This document shows, one piece after another, positions 9,632 to 20,200 of a stretch of 64,000 nt of DNA; the first letter of the stretch is position 1, and each line of letters opens with the position of its first letter. This DNA comes from Eubacteriales bacterium (GTDB taxonomy: Bacteria > Bacillota > Clostridia > Oscillospirales > CAG-272): contig JAZRDO010000022.1 of the NCBI GenBank assembly GCA_045660325.1, positions 12,334 to 76,333 on the forward strand. The letters run 5' to 3'. Both the position numbers and the translations under genes were made by a program. The notes below the pieces were generated by a model. That model was given only the letters and a program-made list of their open reading frames with translations, was not told the DNA's origin and did not search any database.

Positions 9632-11794
9632 ATGACAAACACAGAAATCAGAGCATTGATGGATAAAATGACAATTCGTCAAAAGGCAGCTCAGCTTCTT
9701 CAGCTCAATGCAAATCTTCTTGTTGTGACCGATGCGGAGATCACAGGCCCTGCGCAGGAGCTTAATCTTTCCGTTGAGGATATTTATACGACGGGTAACG
9801 TGCTTAATTTTACAAGCGCTCTTGACGTGATAAGAATCCAGAACGAGCACATGCAGAACGACCCCCACAAGATACCTATGCTCTTTATGATGGACGTTAT
9901 CCACGGCTATAAAACGACCTTCCCGATTCCTCTCGGCATGGGCGCATCCTTTGATGCGGAGCTGCTCAAGGAATGTACAAAAATGTCCGCCAAGGAAGCG
10001 GTTGCGGGCGGCATTCAGGTAACCTTTACCCCTATGGTTGACTTCGTTCGCGATGCGAGATGGGGAAGAGTTATGGAGTCCTGCGGCGAGGACGTGTACG
10101 TAAATTCCATTATGGGCGCGGCTCAGGTAGAGGCATTCCAGGGAGATCTCGGCCCTGAGAATATCGGCACTTGCGTAAAGCATTTTGCGGCTTACGGCGG
10201 CGCGGAGGCCGGCCGTGATTATAATCTCGTTGAGATCTCCGAGAGAACATTGCGCGAGTATTATTTCCCCGCATACAAGGCGTGTCTTGACGCGGGCGCT
10301 ACAAGTATTATGCCGTCCTTCAATTCCTTAAACGGTGTTCCTTCGGTTGCAAATAAGTGGCTTATGAATGACGTTCTCCGTGGCGAATGGGGTTATGACG
10401 GACTTGTTATCAGTGACTATAACGCTATCGGCGAGCTTCTTGTTCACGGTGTTGCCGAGAATTCCAAGCAGGCGGCGGAAATGGCGTTCAACTGCGGTTG
10501 TGATATTGATATGAATACAAATTTCTATCCTACTCACATGGAGGAGCTTATTGCCGAGGGCAAGGTTAAGATGGAGGATCTTGACCGCGCGGTATTCAAG
10601 GTGCTTGAATTGAAGAATAAGCTTGGTATGTTTGAGGATCCTCTTCGCGGCGCGTCATACGAAAAGGAAAAGGAGATCTGTCTCTGTGACGAGCATCGCG
10701 CGCTTGTAAGACGCGCAGTTGAGGAATGCTCGGTTCTTCTTAAAAACGACGGAGTTCTTCCTTTCTCGAAGGAAACAAAGAAAATTGCTCTTATCGGCCC
10801 GTTTGCCGAGGAGCAGGCGATTTCGGGCTTCTGGTCTTGTAATGCAAAGCCCGAGGATTGCGTAAACGTATACAATGGCGTAAGGGCGCTTCTTCCCAAT
10901 GCCGAGGTGGTGGCAGTGAAGGGCTGCTCTGCGGAATGGAATGAGCTTTCCGAGGAAGATTTTGAAAGAGCAATTGAAGCAGCAAGGGCAGCTGACGCGG
11001 TAGTGCTCTGTCTTGGTGAGCCTCAAAACTATTCGGGCGAGGGCAATTGCCGTACCGATCTTACACTCCCCGGCGTACAGACAAAGCTCGCGCGCAAGGT
11101 AGTGGAGGCAAATCCCAATACTGCGGCTATTATCTTCAACGGCAGACCTCTCGTTCTCACCGAGCTTGCGGAATTTACTCCCGCGATACTTGAAATGTGG
11201 TTTACGGGTGTTGAGGGTGGACCTGCCGCGGCGAATCTTCTTTTTGGCGATGCCAACCCCTCCGGTAAGATCACTATGACCTTCCCGAGAAGCGTAGGTC
11301 AGTGTCCTATTTACTACAACCGTGTAAACACGGGCAGACCCAAGACAAAGCCCGATAATGAAAGACAGATCTACGCGTCGACCTATCTTGATTGCGGAAA
11401 TCTCCCGCTTTATTCCTTCGGACACGGTCTTTCCTACACAACATTTGAATATCTTGATATGACGCTTGAAAATAAGACTATGAGCGATAAAGATCCTCTC
11501 AAGGTAAAGGTTACGTTGAAAAACACAGGCGAGAGAGCAGGCAAGGAGGTAGTCCAGCTCTACATTCACGACAGAGTTGCCTCGACCGTTCGTCCCGTTC
11601 AGTCCTTGGCGGCATTTACAAAGGTTTCACTTGATGCGGGTGAGACAAAGGTCGTCCAGCTTGAGATACCCGAGGAGAGACTTCGTTTCTATAATGAAAA
11701 ATGTGAGTGTGTATCCGAGGCGGGCTGGTTTGATATCTTTGTCGGCTACGCGGATCATCCGTATATCGAGGACGAATTCTATCTTGAAAAATAA
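9632..11794 (+). CDS. GH3 beta-glucosidase (BglX-like)
   Basis: GH3 signatures KHFAAYGG and the GLVISDY nucleophile region, plus a C-terminal fibronectin-like domain. 720 aa. Confidence 0.85.
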   Translation: MTNTEIRALMDKMTIRQKAAQLLQLNANLLVVTDAEITGPAQELNLSVEDIYTTGNVLNFTSALDVIRIQNEHMQNDPHKIPMLFMMDVIHGYKTTFPIPLGMGASFDAELLKECTKMSAKEAVAGGIQVTFTPMVDFVRDARWGRVMESCGEDVYVNSIMGAAQVEAFQGDLGPENIGTCVKHFAAYGGAEAGRDYNLVEISERTLREYYFPAYKACLDAGATSIMPSFNSLNGVPSVANKWLMNDVLRGEWGYDGLVISDYNAIGELLVHGVAENSKQAAEMAFNCGCDIDMNTNFYPTHMEELIAEGKVKMEDLDRAVFKVLELKNKLGMFEDPLRGASYEKEKEICLCDEHRALVRRAVEECSVLLKNDGVLPFSKETKKIALIGPFAEEQAISGFWSCNAKPEDCVNVYNGVRALLPNAEVVAVKGCSAEWNELSEEDFERAIEAARAADAVVLCLGEPQNYSGEGNCRTDLTLPGVQTKLARKVVEANPNTAAIIFNGRPLVLTELAEFTPAILEMWFTGVEGGPAAANLLFGDANPSGKITMTFPRSVGQCPIYYNRVNTGRPKTKPDNERQIYASTYLDCGNLPLYSFGHGLSYTTFEYLDMTLENKTMSDKDPLKVKVTLKNTGERAGKEVVQLYIHDRVASTVRPVQSLAAFTKVSLDAGETKVVQLEIPEERLRFYNEKCECVSEAGWFDIFVGYADHPYIEDEFYLEK

Positions 11795-11830
11795 TTACTT
11801 TTTTACAAAAAATTATATCAGGATTTTCTC

Positions 11831-11859
11831 TTGACAAAGGGCGCAAAATTCTGTATAAT
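11831..11859 (+). promoter_or_regulatory. Sigma-A type promoter for the pfl leader
   Basis: TTGACA, 17 nt spacer, then TG-n-TATAAT. Confidence 0.7.
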
Positions 11860-11881
11860 ATAATCGTAAAAAACAAATACT

Positions 11882-11955
11882 CCTTGTATGACTGACGGAT
11901 TAGCGGGTCAACCGCGTGGGAATATGAGGTTTTAAACGTCGACCGTCTGGGCAAT
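11882..11955 (+). ncRNA. ZTP (pfl motif) riboswitch aptamer
   Basis: P1 is CCTTGTAT/ATATGAGG. Conserved GACTGACGG, P2 GCGG-GTCAA-CCGC and GTGGGAA are present. After a linker comes CGACCGTCTGGGCA, whose CCGTC can pair with GACGG as the pseudoknot. Sits directly upstream of pflB, the namesake context. Confidence 0.75.
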
Positions 11956-11990
11956 TCAGTCAAACAAGGCTTGAATTGCCCTTATTTTTT
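11949..11990 (+). terminator. Riboswitch expression-platform terminator
   Basis: 10-bp stem GGGCAATTCA/TGAATTGCCC followed by TTATTTTTT. Its 5' arm overlaps the conserved CTGGGCA of the aptamer, which suggests an ON switch. Confidence 0.75.
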
Positions 11991-12026
11991 CGTTTGTAAA
12001 ATTTGGTATATATTATGGAGGTTTTT

Positions 12027-14258
12027 ATGGAACACAAGAATTGGGACGGATTTGTGTCGGGTGCGTGGCAGAGAGAGATCAACGTTCGCGACTTTATTCA
12101 GAAAAACTATAAGGAATACTGCGGAGACGCGTCGTTCTTAGCGGGTGCAACCGAGAGAACACGCGCGCTTATGGAAAAGGTGCAGGCACTCTTCAAGCTT
12201 GAGCGTCAGAGAGGCGGAGTGCTTGATATTGATACGGAAACCGTATCCTCGCTTACAAATTATGCGCCCGGTTACGTTGATAAGGAAAACGAGCTTATCG
12301 TCGGCCTTCAGACTGACGCCCCCTTGAAGCGCGGAGTAAATCCCTTCGGCGGTATCAGAATGGCGCGTCAGGCGTGCGCGGCATACGGCTACAAGCTCAG
12401 CGACGTAATTGAAGAGGAATTCAGATACAGAACAACACATAACGACGGTGTTTTCCGCGCATATACGGATGAAATGAGACTTGCGCGCAGATGCCACGTT
12501 ATTACGGGCTTGCCCGACGCTTACGGACGCGGTAGAATTATCGGCGACTACCGTCGTGTTGCACTTTACGGCGTTGACAAGCTTATGGAAGAAAAGAAAA
12601 AGGATATGAAGGCACTCGGCGAGAAGAACTTCACGGAAGAGAACATCAAGCTTATTGAAGAGGTTCGCCGTCAGATACTTTTCTTAGGTTATTTGAAGGA
12701 TATGGCGGCTATGTATGGCTACAATATTTCCGAGCCTGCCGCAAATACCCGCGAGGCTATTCAGTGGACCTACTTCGCTTACCTTGCATCCATTAAGGAG
12801 CAGAACGGCGCGGCTATGTCCCTCGGTCGTGTAGCCACATTCTTTGACATTTATATTGAGAGAGATATTGAGGCAGGCATCTTGACAGAAGAGGGTGCGC
12901 AGGAGCTTATGGACGACTTTGTTATCAAGCTTCGCTTGGCTCGTCATCTCCGTACACCCGAATACAATGAGCTTTTCGGCGGCGACCCCATGTGGATCAC
13001 AGAGGTAGTAGGCGGCATGGGCGAGGACGGAAGAACCCTCGTTTCCAAGAGTAGCTTCCGTATTCTCAATACACTTTATACTCTCGGCTCTTCTCCTGAG
13101 CCCAACCTCACGGTGCTCTGGTCTACCCGACTTCCCGATGGCTTTAAGAAATTCTGTGCTCAGGTTTCAAAGGACACTGACTCTATTCAGTACGAGAACG
13201 ACGATATTATGCGTCCTCTCCACGGTGACGACTATGCTATCGCGTGCTGTGTTTCCGCTATGACAATCGGTAAGCAGATGCAGTTCTTCGGCGCAAGATG
13301 TAATCTTGCAAAGCTCCTTCTTATCGCAATCAACGGCGGTTACGATACCACAAGTGATATTCATATCGGTCCTCAGATGCCTGTGCTCAATACAAGAAAG
13401 CTTGACTTTGACACAGTTATGGAAAGATTCAATATTTACGTTTCATGGCTTGCTCATCTCTACGTAAATACAATGAATATCATCCACTATATGCACGATA
13501 AATACGCGTACGAAAAGACACAGATGGCGCTTCACGATACAGAGGTTGAGCGTCTTATGGCATTCGGTATCGCAGGACTTTCTGTTGTTACTGACTCGCT
13601 CAGTGCAATAAAGTTTGCAAACGTAAGACCTATTATTGATGATAACGGCTTTGTGGTTGACTTTAAGACAGAGGGCGAATTCCCCAAGTTCGGTAATGAT
13701 GACGACAGAGTTGACTTGATTGCAAAGGACGTAACTCACAAGATGATCGAGGAGCTTCGCAAGACTCCTACGTACAGAGATGCAGTTCATACACTCAGCG
13801 CTCTTACGATCACATCCAACGTAATGTACGGAAAGAATACAGGCTCCACTCCCGACGGTAGACGCGCGGCAGAGCCCTTCGCTCCCGGCGCTAATCCTAT
13901 GCACAACCGCGAGGAGAACGGCGCGCTCGCATCCCTCAACTCGGTTGCAAAAATTAAGTACGAGGACTGTCGCGACGGTATTTCCAACACCTTCTCCATT
14001 ACTCCCGAGGCGCTCGGTAAGACGGATGACGAGAGAGTTGACAACCTTGTTTCAATTCTTGACGGCTACTTCGGTCGCGGCGCGCATCATTTGAACGTAA
14101 ACGTGCTCAATCGTGAAACTCTTATGAAGGCGTACGAAAATCCCGAGGAGTATCCTAACCTTACTATCAGAGTTTCGGGCTATGCGGTTAACTTCTCCAA
14201 GCTCTCCCGCGAGCATCAGAGAGAGGTTATCAGCCGCACCTTCCACACATCGATATGA
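12027..14258 (+). CDS. pflB: Formate C-acetyltransferase (pyruvate formate-lyase)
   Basis: Glycyl-radical motif RVSGYAVNF, catalytic CC (IACCVSAM). Start set at the ATG 6 nt after GGAGG. Confidence 0.95.
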   Translation: MEHKNWDGFVSGAWQREINVRDFIQKNYKEYCGDASFLAGATERTRALMEKVQALFKLERQRGGVLDIDTETVSSLTNYAPGYVDKENELIVGLQTDAPLKRGVNPFGGIRMARQACAAYGYKLSDVIEEEFRYRTTHNDGVFRAYTDEMRLARRCHVITGLPDAYGRGRIIGDYRRVALYGVDKLMEEKKKDMKALGEKNFTEENIKLIEEVRRQILFLGYLKDMAAMYGYNISEPAANTREAIQWTYFAYLASIKEQNGAAMSLGRVATFFDIYIERDIEAGILTEEGAQELMDDFVIKLRLARHLRTPEYNELFGGDPMWITEVVGGMGEDGRTLVSKSSFRILNTLYTLGSSPEPNLTVLWSTRLPDGFKKFCAQVSKDTDSIQYENDDIMRPLHGDDYAIACCVSAMTIGKQMQFFGARCNLAKLLLIAINGGYDTTSDIHIGPQMPVLNTRKLDFDTVMERFNIYVSWLAHLYVNTMNIIHYMHDKYAYEKTQMALHDTEVERLMAFGIAGLSVVTDSLSAIKFANVRPIIDDNGFVVDFKTEGEFPKFGNDDDRVDLIAKDVTHKMIEELRKTPTYRDAVHTLSALTITSNVMYGKNTGSTPDGRRAAEPFAPGANPMHNREENGALASLNSVAKIKYEDCRDGISNTFSITPEALGKTDDERVDNLVSILDGYFGRGAHHLNVNVLNRETLMKAYENPEEYPNLTIRVSGYAVNFSKLSREHQREVISRTFHTSI

Positions 14259-14953
14259 CGGGTAGAGTTCACTCAATACAGAGTCTTGGCACGGTTGACG
14301 GACCCGGTATCCGCTTTGTAGTATTTATGCAAGGATGTAATCTTCGCTGTAAGTGTTGCCATAACCCCGACACGTGGTCGGGGCAGGGCGGCACGGAGTA
14401 CACACCAGAAGAAATAGTAGAAAAAGCCTTGCGCTATAAGTCTTATTACGGCGAGCGCGGAGGCATTACGGTTTCGGGTGGAGAGCCCTTGCTTCAGGCG
14501 GATTTCGTTCGCGAGGTGTTTGAGCTTTGTCATAAAAACGGAATTAATACCTGCCTTGACACGTCGGGTAGCATATTGAACGATTCGGTTTTGCGTTTGC
14601 TTGACGAAACCGACAGGGTGCTTCTTGATATAAAGTACACCTCGGACAACGAGTACCGCGAAAACGTCGGATGCAGTATTGACGGTGTGCTGGAATTTCT
14701 TGCCGTGCTTAACAAAAAGGGAATACCTACCACCGTTCGTCAGGTAATTATTCCTACGGTCAACGATAGCGAGGAGAATATTACAAGGCTCAAGGAGATC
14801 CTCTCCGCGCACAGCTGTGTTGACAAGGTCGAGCTTTTGCCCTTCCGTAAAATTTGTCAGGTAAAGTATGACAATATGGGAATAGAATTTCCGTTTGGCG
14901 GAATCGCGGAGCCGACACATGAAGCAATGCAAAAATTAAATGATCTGTTATGA
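14255..14953 (+). CDS. pflA: Pyruvate formate-lyase activating enzyme (radical SAM)
   Basis: [11 protein letters not shown] radical-SAM cluster motif, N-terminal [12 protein letters not shown] overlap with pflB. Confidence 0.95.
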   Translation: MTGRVHSIQSLGTVDGPGIRFVVFMQGCNLRCKCCHNPDTWSGQGGTEYTPEEIVEKALRYKSYYGERGGITVSGGEPLLQADFVREVFELCHKNGINTCLDTSGSILNDSVLRLLDETDRVLLDIKYTSDNEYRENVGCSIDGVLEFLAVLNKKGIPTTVRQVIIPTVNDSEENITRLKEILSAHSCVDKVELLPFRKICQVKYDNMGIEFPFGGIAEPTHEAMQKLNDLL

Positions 14954-14954
14954 T

Positions 14955-14990
14955 AAAAACCCAATCGCAAGATTGGGTTTTTCTTTTTAT
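14955..14990 (+). terminator. Rho-independent terminator after pflA
   Basis: AAAAACCCAATC-GCAA-GATTGGGTTTTT. Confidence 0.85.
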
Positions 14991-15052
14991 TTGTTGACAA
15001 AATTCATTTATGATGCTATAATTATTTTAGCGTTAAGAAAGGTGGGGTACAT

Positions 15053-17068
15053 ATGAGCAATAATGTTTTTTCCAAGGCTGTATGGATTTCTCCCGAGAAA
15101 TTTTCCTCTCTTGAGATAAGGGATCTTCTTTGTAAGGAGATGGATGCCAAATCCAAGACTCCCGTTGAGGGAGTGCAAAATTTACACTTTTATTTTAAGA
15201 AAAATATAAATATTGACAATGCTCGCGGCGTGAAGATCCGAATTTCCGCCGACGATTACTATAAGCTTTACGTAAACGGCAATTTCGTAGGGCAGGGACC
15301 CGCGCAGGGATATCCCTTTAATTACTATTTTAACGAGTACGATCTGTCAAGCTTTTTGCACGCAGGCGAGAACGAGATCTTCGTGCATTGCTACTATCAG
15401 GGTCTTATCAACCGCTATTATATGAGCGGTGACGGCAGACTCGGTATGATCGCGGAAATTTTCTCCGACAATCGTGTTATTTCGGCAACCGACAGCAGTT
15501 GGGATTGCGCTGTATCCGAGGCGTATTCTATTACTCATATAAACGGCTATAATACGGATTTTGCCGAGAATTTTGATAATCGTAAGTCGGGTCTTTTGTG
15601 GGAGCGCGCTTCTGTGCGAGAGATGGACCACGTCTTTGATAATAAGGCGATAACGCCTCTTTCCGTTTACAAAAAGGACGCGGTGGAAACAAAAATCCTG
15701 CCTGACGGCTCGCTTTTCCTTGACTTTGGCACGGAAATTACGGCGTCTCTTGAATTTGAGGCGGAGGGCGATGACGGTGACAAGGTTATTTTGCATTTTG
15801 GCGAGGAGCTTTCTGAGGACGGAAGCGTAAGATATCTTATGCGATCCATTTGTAATTACGAGGACACCGTAATTCTCAAAAATGGTGAAAACCGTATCGC
15901 ACAGTATGAGTATAAGGCGTTCAGATATGTGAATATTATTCCTTGCGGTAATGCTAAAATAGTTGGCGCTCGCGCGATCGTTCGTCACTATCCCTTCGAC
16001 GATGAATATTGCAATATCGAGACGGATAACAAGATTCTTGAGGCGGTATTCAACATCTGCAAGAATACAATAAAATACGGTGCTCAAGAGGTTTACGTTG
16101 ACTGTCCCGGACGAGAGAAGGGACAGTACGCGGGGGACCTTACGATCACAGGCGGCTCGCACGTTCTTCTTACGGGGGATATGTCGCTTTATACGAAGGC
16201 AATTGACAATCAGGCTCAGTCGCAGGCGATATGCGACGGTCTTATGGCGGTAACGCCCGGCTCGTATATGCAGGAGATAGCCGATTATTCACTCCAATTT
16301 CCGCTTTTGGCGATTCGCCATTACAGACATACGAAGGACAGGGAATACCTTCTTCGTAATTACCGAGTGAGCGAAAAAATTATCGGGTATTTTTCAAAAT
16401 TCGCCCGCGAGGACGGCTTGCTTGAGGACGTAACGGACAAATGGAATCTCGTTGACTGGCCGCAAAATCTTCGTGACGGCTACGATTTTCCCCTTACTAA
16501 TCCCATGGAGAAGGGACACGGACCCCATAACGTTTTGAATGCATTTTATATTGGATGCATCAAGCAGGTTGAGCTTATAGCATCAATTCTCGGCATTGAC
16601 CGTGAGAATGTAAGCGATGCCCTTAAAGAAAGCTTTAAAAAGGAATTTTATCGACCTGATCTCGGTGTCTTCGTTGACTGTAAGGGAAGCGATCACAGTG
16701 CGGTGCATTCAAATATCCTTCCGCTTTACTTCGCCTTGACTGATGAGGAAAACGAGGAGAGGATTACAAATCATCTTATAAGCCGAGGCAATTGTACTGG
16801 AGTTTATATGTCGTATTTTCTTTTGAAGGCGCTCTGCCGTGTCGGAAGATACGAGGAGGCACTTGCTATTATTACAAGCGAGAGCGAAAAGTCTTGGTAT
16901 AATATGATCCGAGAGGGCGGAACGACCTGCTTTGAGGCGTGGGGCAAGGAGCAAAAGTGGAATACGAGCCTTTGTCACCCGTGGGCGACGGCGCCTATTT
17001 CGGTAATTATCAAGGATATCGTACCCAATATGCCACACGTTGCGAAGATAGTTTATAAAAATAAATAA
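15053..17068 (+). CDS. GH78-like (alpha-L-rhamnosidase family) six-hairpin glycosidase
   Basis: Resembles bacterial rhamnosidases: an N-terminal beta-sandwich and a C-terminal (alpha/alpha)6 region ending in CHPWATAP. No signal peptide. Confidence 0.55.
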   Translation: MSNNVFSKAVWISPEKFSSLEIRDLLCKEMDAKSKTPVEGVQNLHFYFKKNINIDNARGVKIRISADDYYKLYVNGNFVGQGPAQGYPFNYYFNEYDLSSFLHAGENEIFVHCYYQGLINRYYMSGDGRLGMIAEIFSDNRVISATDSSWDCAVSEAYSITHINGYNTDFAENFDNRKSGLLWERASVREMDHVFDNKAITPLSVYKKDAVETKILPDGSLFLDFGTEITASLEFEAEGDDGDKVILHFGEELSEDGSVRYLMRSICNYEDTVILKNGENRIAQYEYKAFRYVNIIPCGNAKIVGARAIVRHYPFDDEYCNIETDNKILEAVFNICKNTIKYGAQEVYVDCPGREKGQYAGDLTITGGSHVLLTGDMSLYTKAIDNQAQSQAICDGLMAVTPGSYMQEIADYSLQFPLLAIRHYRHTKDREYLLRNYRVSEKIIGYFSKFAREDGLLEDVTDKWNLVDWPQNLRDGYDFPLTNPMEKGHGPHNVLNAFYIGCIKQVELIASILGIDRENVSDALKESFKKEFYRPDLGVFVDCKGSDHSAVHSNILPLYFALTDEENEERITNHLISRGNCTGVYMSYFLLKALCRVGRYEEALAIITSESEKSWYNMIREGGTTCFEAWGKEQKWNTSLCHPWATAPISVIIKDIVPNMPHVAKIVYKNK

Positions 17069-17075
17069 TACGATA

Positions 17076-17110
17076 AAAGAAGGCGGGTCTTTTCCGCCTT
17101 CTTTTTTCTA
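17076..17110 (+). terminator. Rho-independent terminator
   Basis: 9-bp stem AGAAGGCGG/CCGCCTTCT followed by a T-run. Confidence 0.8.
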
Positions 17111-17209
17111 AAAAAAGTGACGGTGTTTGCATTTTTGATATTGATTTATCAAAAAATATGTGTTATAATTAAAATGTCAAAATATGATAATTTTTCAAAG
17201 GAGAAAACT

Positions 17210-20200
17210 ATGAAAAAGAACATTAAGAGATTAGCGTTACTTATTACGGTAGTAATGCTCGTTCAGGCAATTTTTGTCGGCGTATTTACTGTTAATGCGT
17301 CTGCTGCTTTGAGTGGCAACTTCACAGGCTACACAAAGGCGAGCGACGTTAACTACGTTTATGACGGCGATTACATTGCAAACTGGGGCGCAAGAGGAGA
17401 GGTTGCAACCTTCCTTACAACTAACGCGCTTGAGTTCAGCTCAGGCAGCTATGCATTTGAAACAGTTTCAAAGCTTGGCGGTGGCGCGACAGAATCCGCG
17501 GTTCCCGGCAGTGATCTTTATAAGAAGCTTCAGGATCTTATGAAGAGCAAGCACACATATCAGACAAGCTATAACGCAACAAGAGATTTGTTCCAGTACA
17601 CGGACTGTGTAAACGGTAATGCTGCTGGTGGTATTTCTTCCTTCTATTCCGGAGAAAAGATCGGTCCTGCATGGGGCTCCTCTCCTTCCTGGAACAGAGA
17701 ACACACATGGCCCAACTCCAAGGGCGATTTGGCAGGTAACGGCGAGAACGACCTTATGATGCTCCGTCCTACCTCCTCCAGCGAAAACAGCAGCCGCGGT
17801 AACAAGGCATACGGTCAGAGCGGCGGATACTACAATCCTAACTCCGAATCCGGCGGTTTGTACGACCTTCGCGGTGACGTGGCAAGACTTTCTCTTTATA
17901 CCTACGTTCGTTGGGGCTGCATTAATACAGGTCTCAATCCTAACGGTATTTTCGGCACTAACGGTATTTTCGAGAGCCTTGACGTTCTTCTTTCATGGAT
18001 CAAGGCAGACCCTGTTGATACATGGGAGCTTGGTAGAAACGACTCCGTTGAATCCATTACAGGTACAAGAAACGTATTCGTTGACTATCCCGAGTACGCG
18101 TTCCTCCTTTTCGGTAAGGAAGTTCCTACCGATATGGTAACACCCTCAAGCGCAGCTTCCTTGGGCGTTCAGGGTGGTACACCCTCAACAGGTGGCGGAA
18201 CAGGTACAACACCCTCCACACCTACTCTCAACGCGGTTAAGCCCGTGGTTGGCACAGCGTATAAGCTTGGTATGAACCAGACTTATGCAGGCAAGATCGT
18301 ATATATGCTCGGTACTGAAAGCGGTTACTATCTTGCGACAACAGAAACAATGACAAGCGGTCTTGACTTCTATATTGAAGAAACAAGCGGCGGCTATTAC
18401 ATTTACACGTCTATCAGCGGCGCAAAGAAGTACCTCGATATGGTTCCCACCGCTGACGGCGCTCACGTAAACGCTAAGTACGTTTCTACTCCTACGGTTG
18501 TTTATACTTGGAACGATACTCTTAAAACGTTCGTTGGTAACGTAAATAGCGCGGACTACGTATTTGGTACAAGAAACGATAACTCCTACGTAACAGTTGG
18601 CTGTAACAAGGTTTCTTACGATCCCTTCGTAGTACAGTTCGTTCCCGCTGACGGATCAAGCAATCCCGGCGGTAACCCCGGTGGTAGTACAGGCGGCGGT
18701 ACAGGTAGCGACACACCCAGCACCGGTGCTGAAACAACAGTTAAGTTCGTGTTCCTTACCTATGCTCAGGCTCAGGGCATGACAATTGGTTCTACAAGTG
18801 CTACACAGTGCAAGACATGGCCTATCGACAGTAACATCACTATGACAGTTGCAGGCGGCCAGCACTCCGGTAAGATCTACACAGACGGTGTAAGAATTTA
18901 CGCTACTGACTCTCCCGCGGGCTCTATTACGTTCACAGCTCCCGCAGGAATGACAATCAAGTCCATTAAGTTCTCCATTGCTACGGGTACTTATGCTGAT
19001 CTTCAGTATAATGGCTCTGCTGTAACAAACGGTCAGGTCGTTTCTATCAACGCTTCCTCCGCAACCTTCAATTCCGTAAAGGTTGGTTCCGAAGGTAAGC
19101 AGGTAAGAATTGCTAACGTAGAGGTAGTTTATACTGGTGGCTCGGGCGGTACAACTCCCGATACTCCCGACACACCTGACACACCCGTTACACCTCCCAC
19201 ACCGCCTACACCTTCCGTATCTCTCACACCTGTAAAGCCCGTTGTCGGCACAGCATACAAGCTCGGTATGGCTCAGACAAAGGCAGGCAAGGTGGTTTAT
19301 ATGATCGGTGAATATCAGGCAACATACTACATTGGTACAACTGAAACAAAGGCATCCGGTCTTGATTTCTACATTGAAGAAACAACAGGTGGTTACTACA
19401 TTTACACAACAATCGGTGGTGCAAAGCAGTACCTTAACATGGTGCCCAGCGGTACACACGTTAATGCTAAGTATGAGAATGCACCCTCCACAGTTTACAC
19501 TTGGAACGAAACTGCAAAGACATTCACAAGTGTTGTAAATGACGCAGAGTATGCATTTGGTACAAGAAACGATAACACATACACAACAGTTGGTTGTTAT
19601 CAGCTTTCCGGCTCTCCCTTCACGGTTCAGTTCGTAGCAACTGAGGGCGGTACAACTCCCGACAACCCCGGCACAACTCCCGATAATCCTGATAATCCTG
19701 ATAATCCCACACCTCCCGCAGGTAATACAAACGGTCTTGCAGATGCAGTTAAGCCCGTTGTTGGCTCTGACTATAAGCTCGCTATGAACCAGACACTTGC
19801 AGGTAAGGTTGTTTACCTCCTCGGTAGCGAGAGCGGTTACTACCTCGCAACAACAGTTAACAAGGACCACGGTCTTATCTTCAATATTGAGGAGACAACA
19901 GGTGGCTATTACATTTACACAATGATCAACGGCGCGAAGAAGTATCTTGATATGGTACCCTCCGCTGACGGTGCTCACGTAAATGCAAAGTACGTTGATG
20001 CTCCCACAGTTGTTTATACTTGGAACGAAGCATATAAGACATTCGTTGGTAACGTAGGTGGCGATGAGTACGTATTCGGTACAAGAAACGACAAGAACTA
20101 CGAGACTGTTGGCTGTAACAAGCTTTCCTATGAGCCCTTCGTTCTCCAGTTTATTGCGGTTGAAGGCAATAATCAGGGTGGTAATGATCAGGGTGGCAAT

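Noticed and set aside
18656-19978. 440-aa Cys-rich ORF on the minus strand, plus other long antisense ORFs (287-1366, 31556-32473, 38676-39716, 51000-51944, 10655-11569, 3958-4794).
   Set aside because: Each lies entirely antisense to a gene with strong family motifs. None has an RBS, and all have low-complexity or odd composition. They are shadow ORFs typical of this codon bias.
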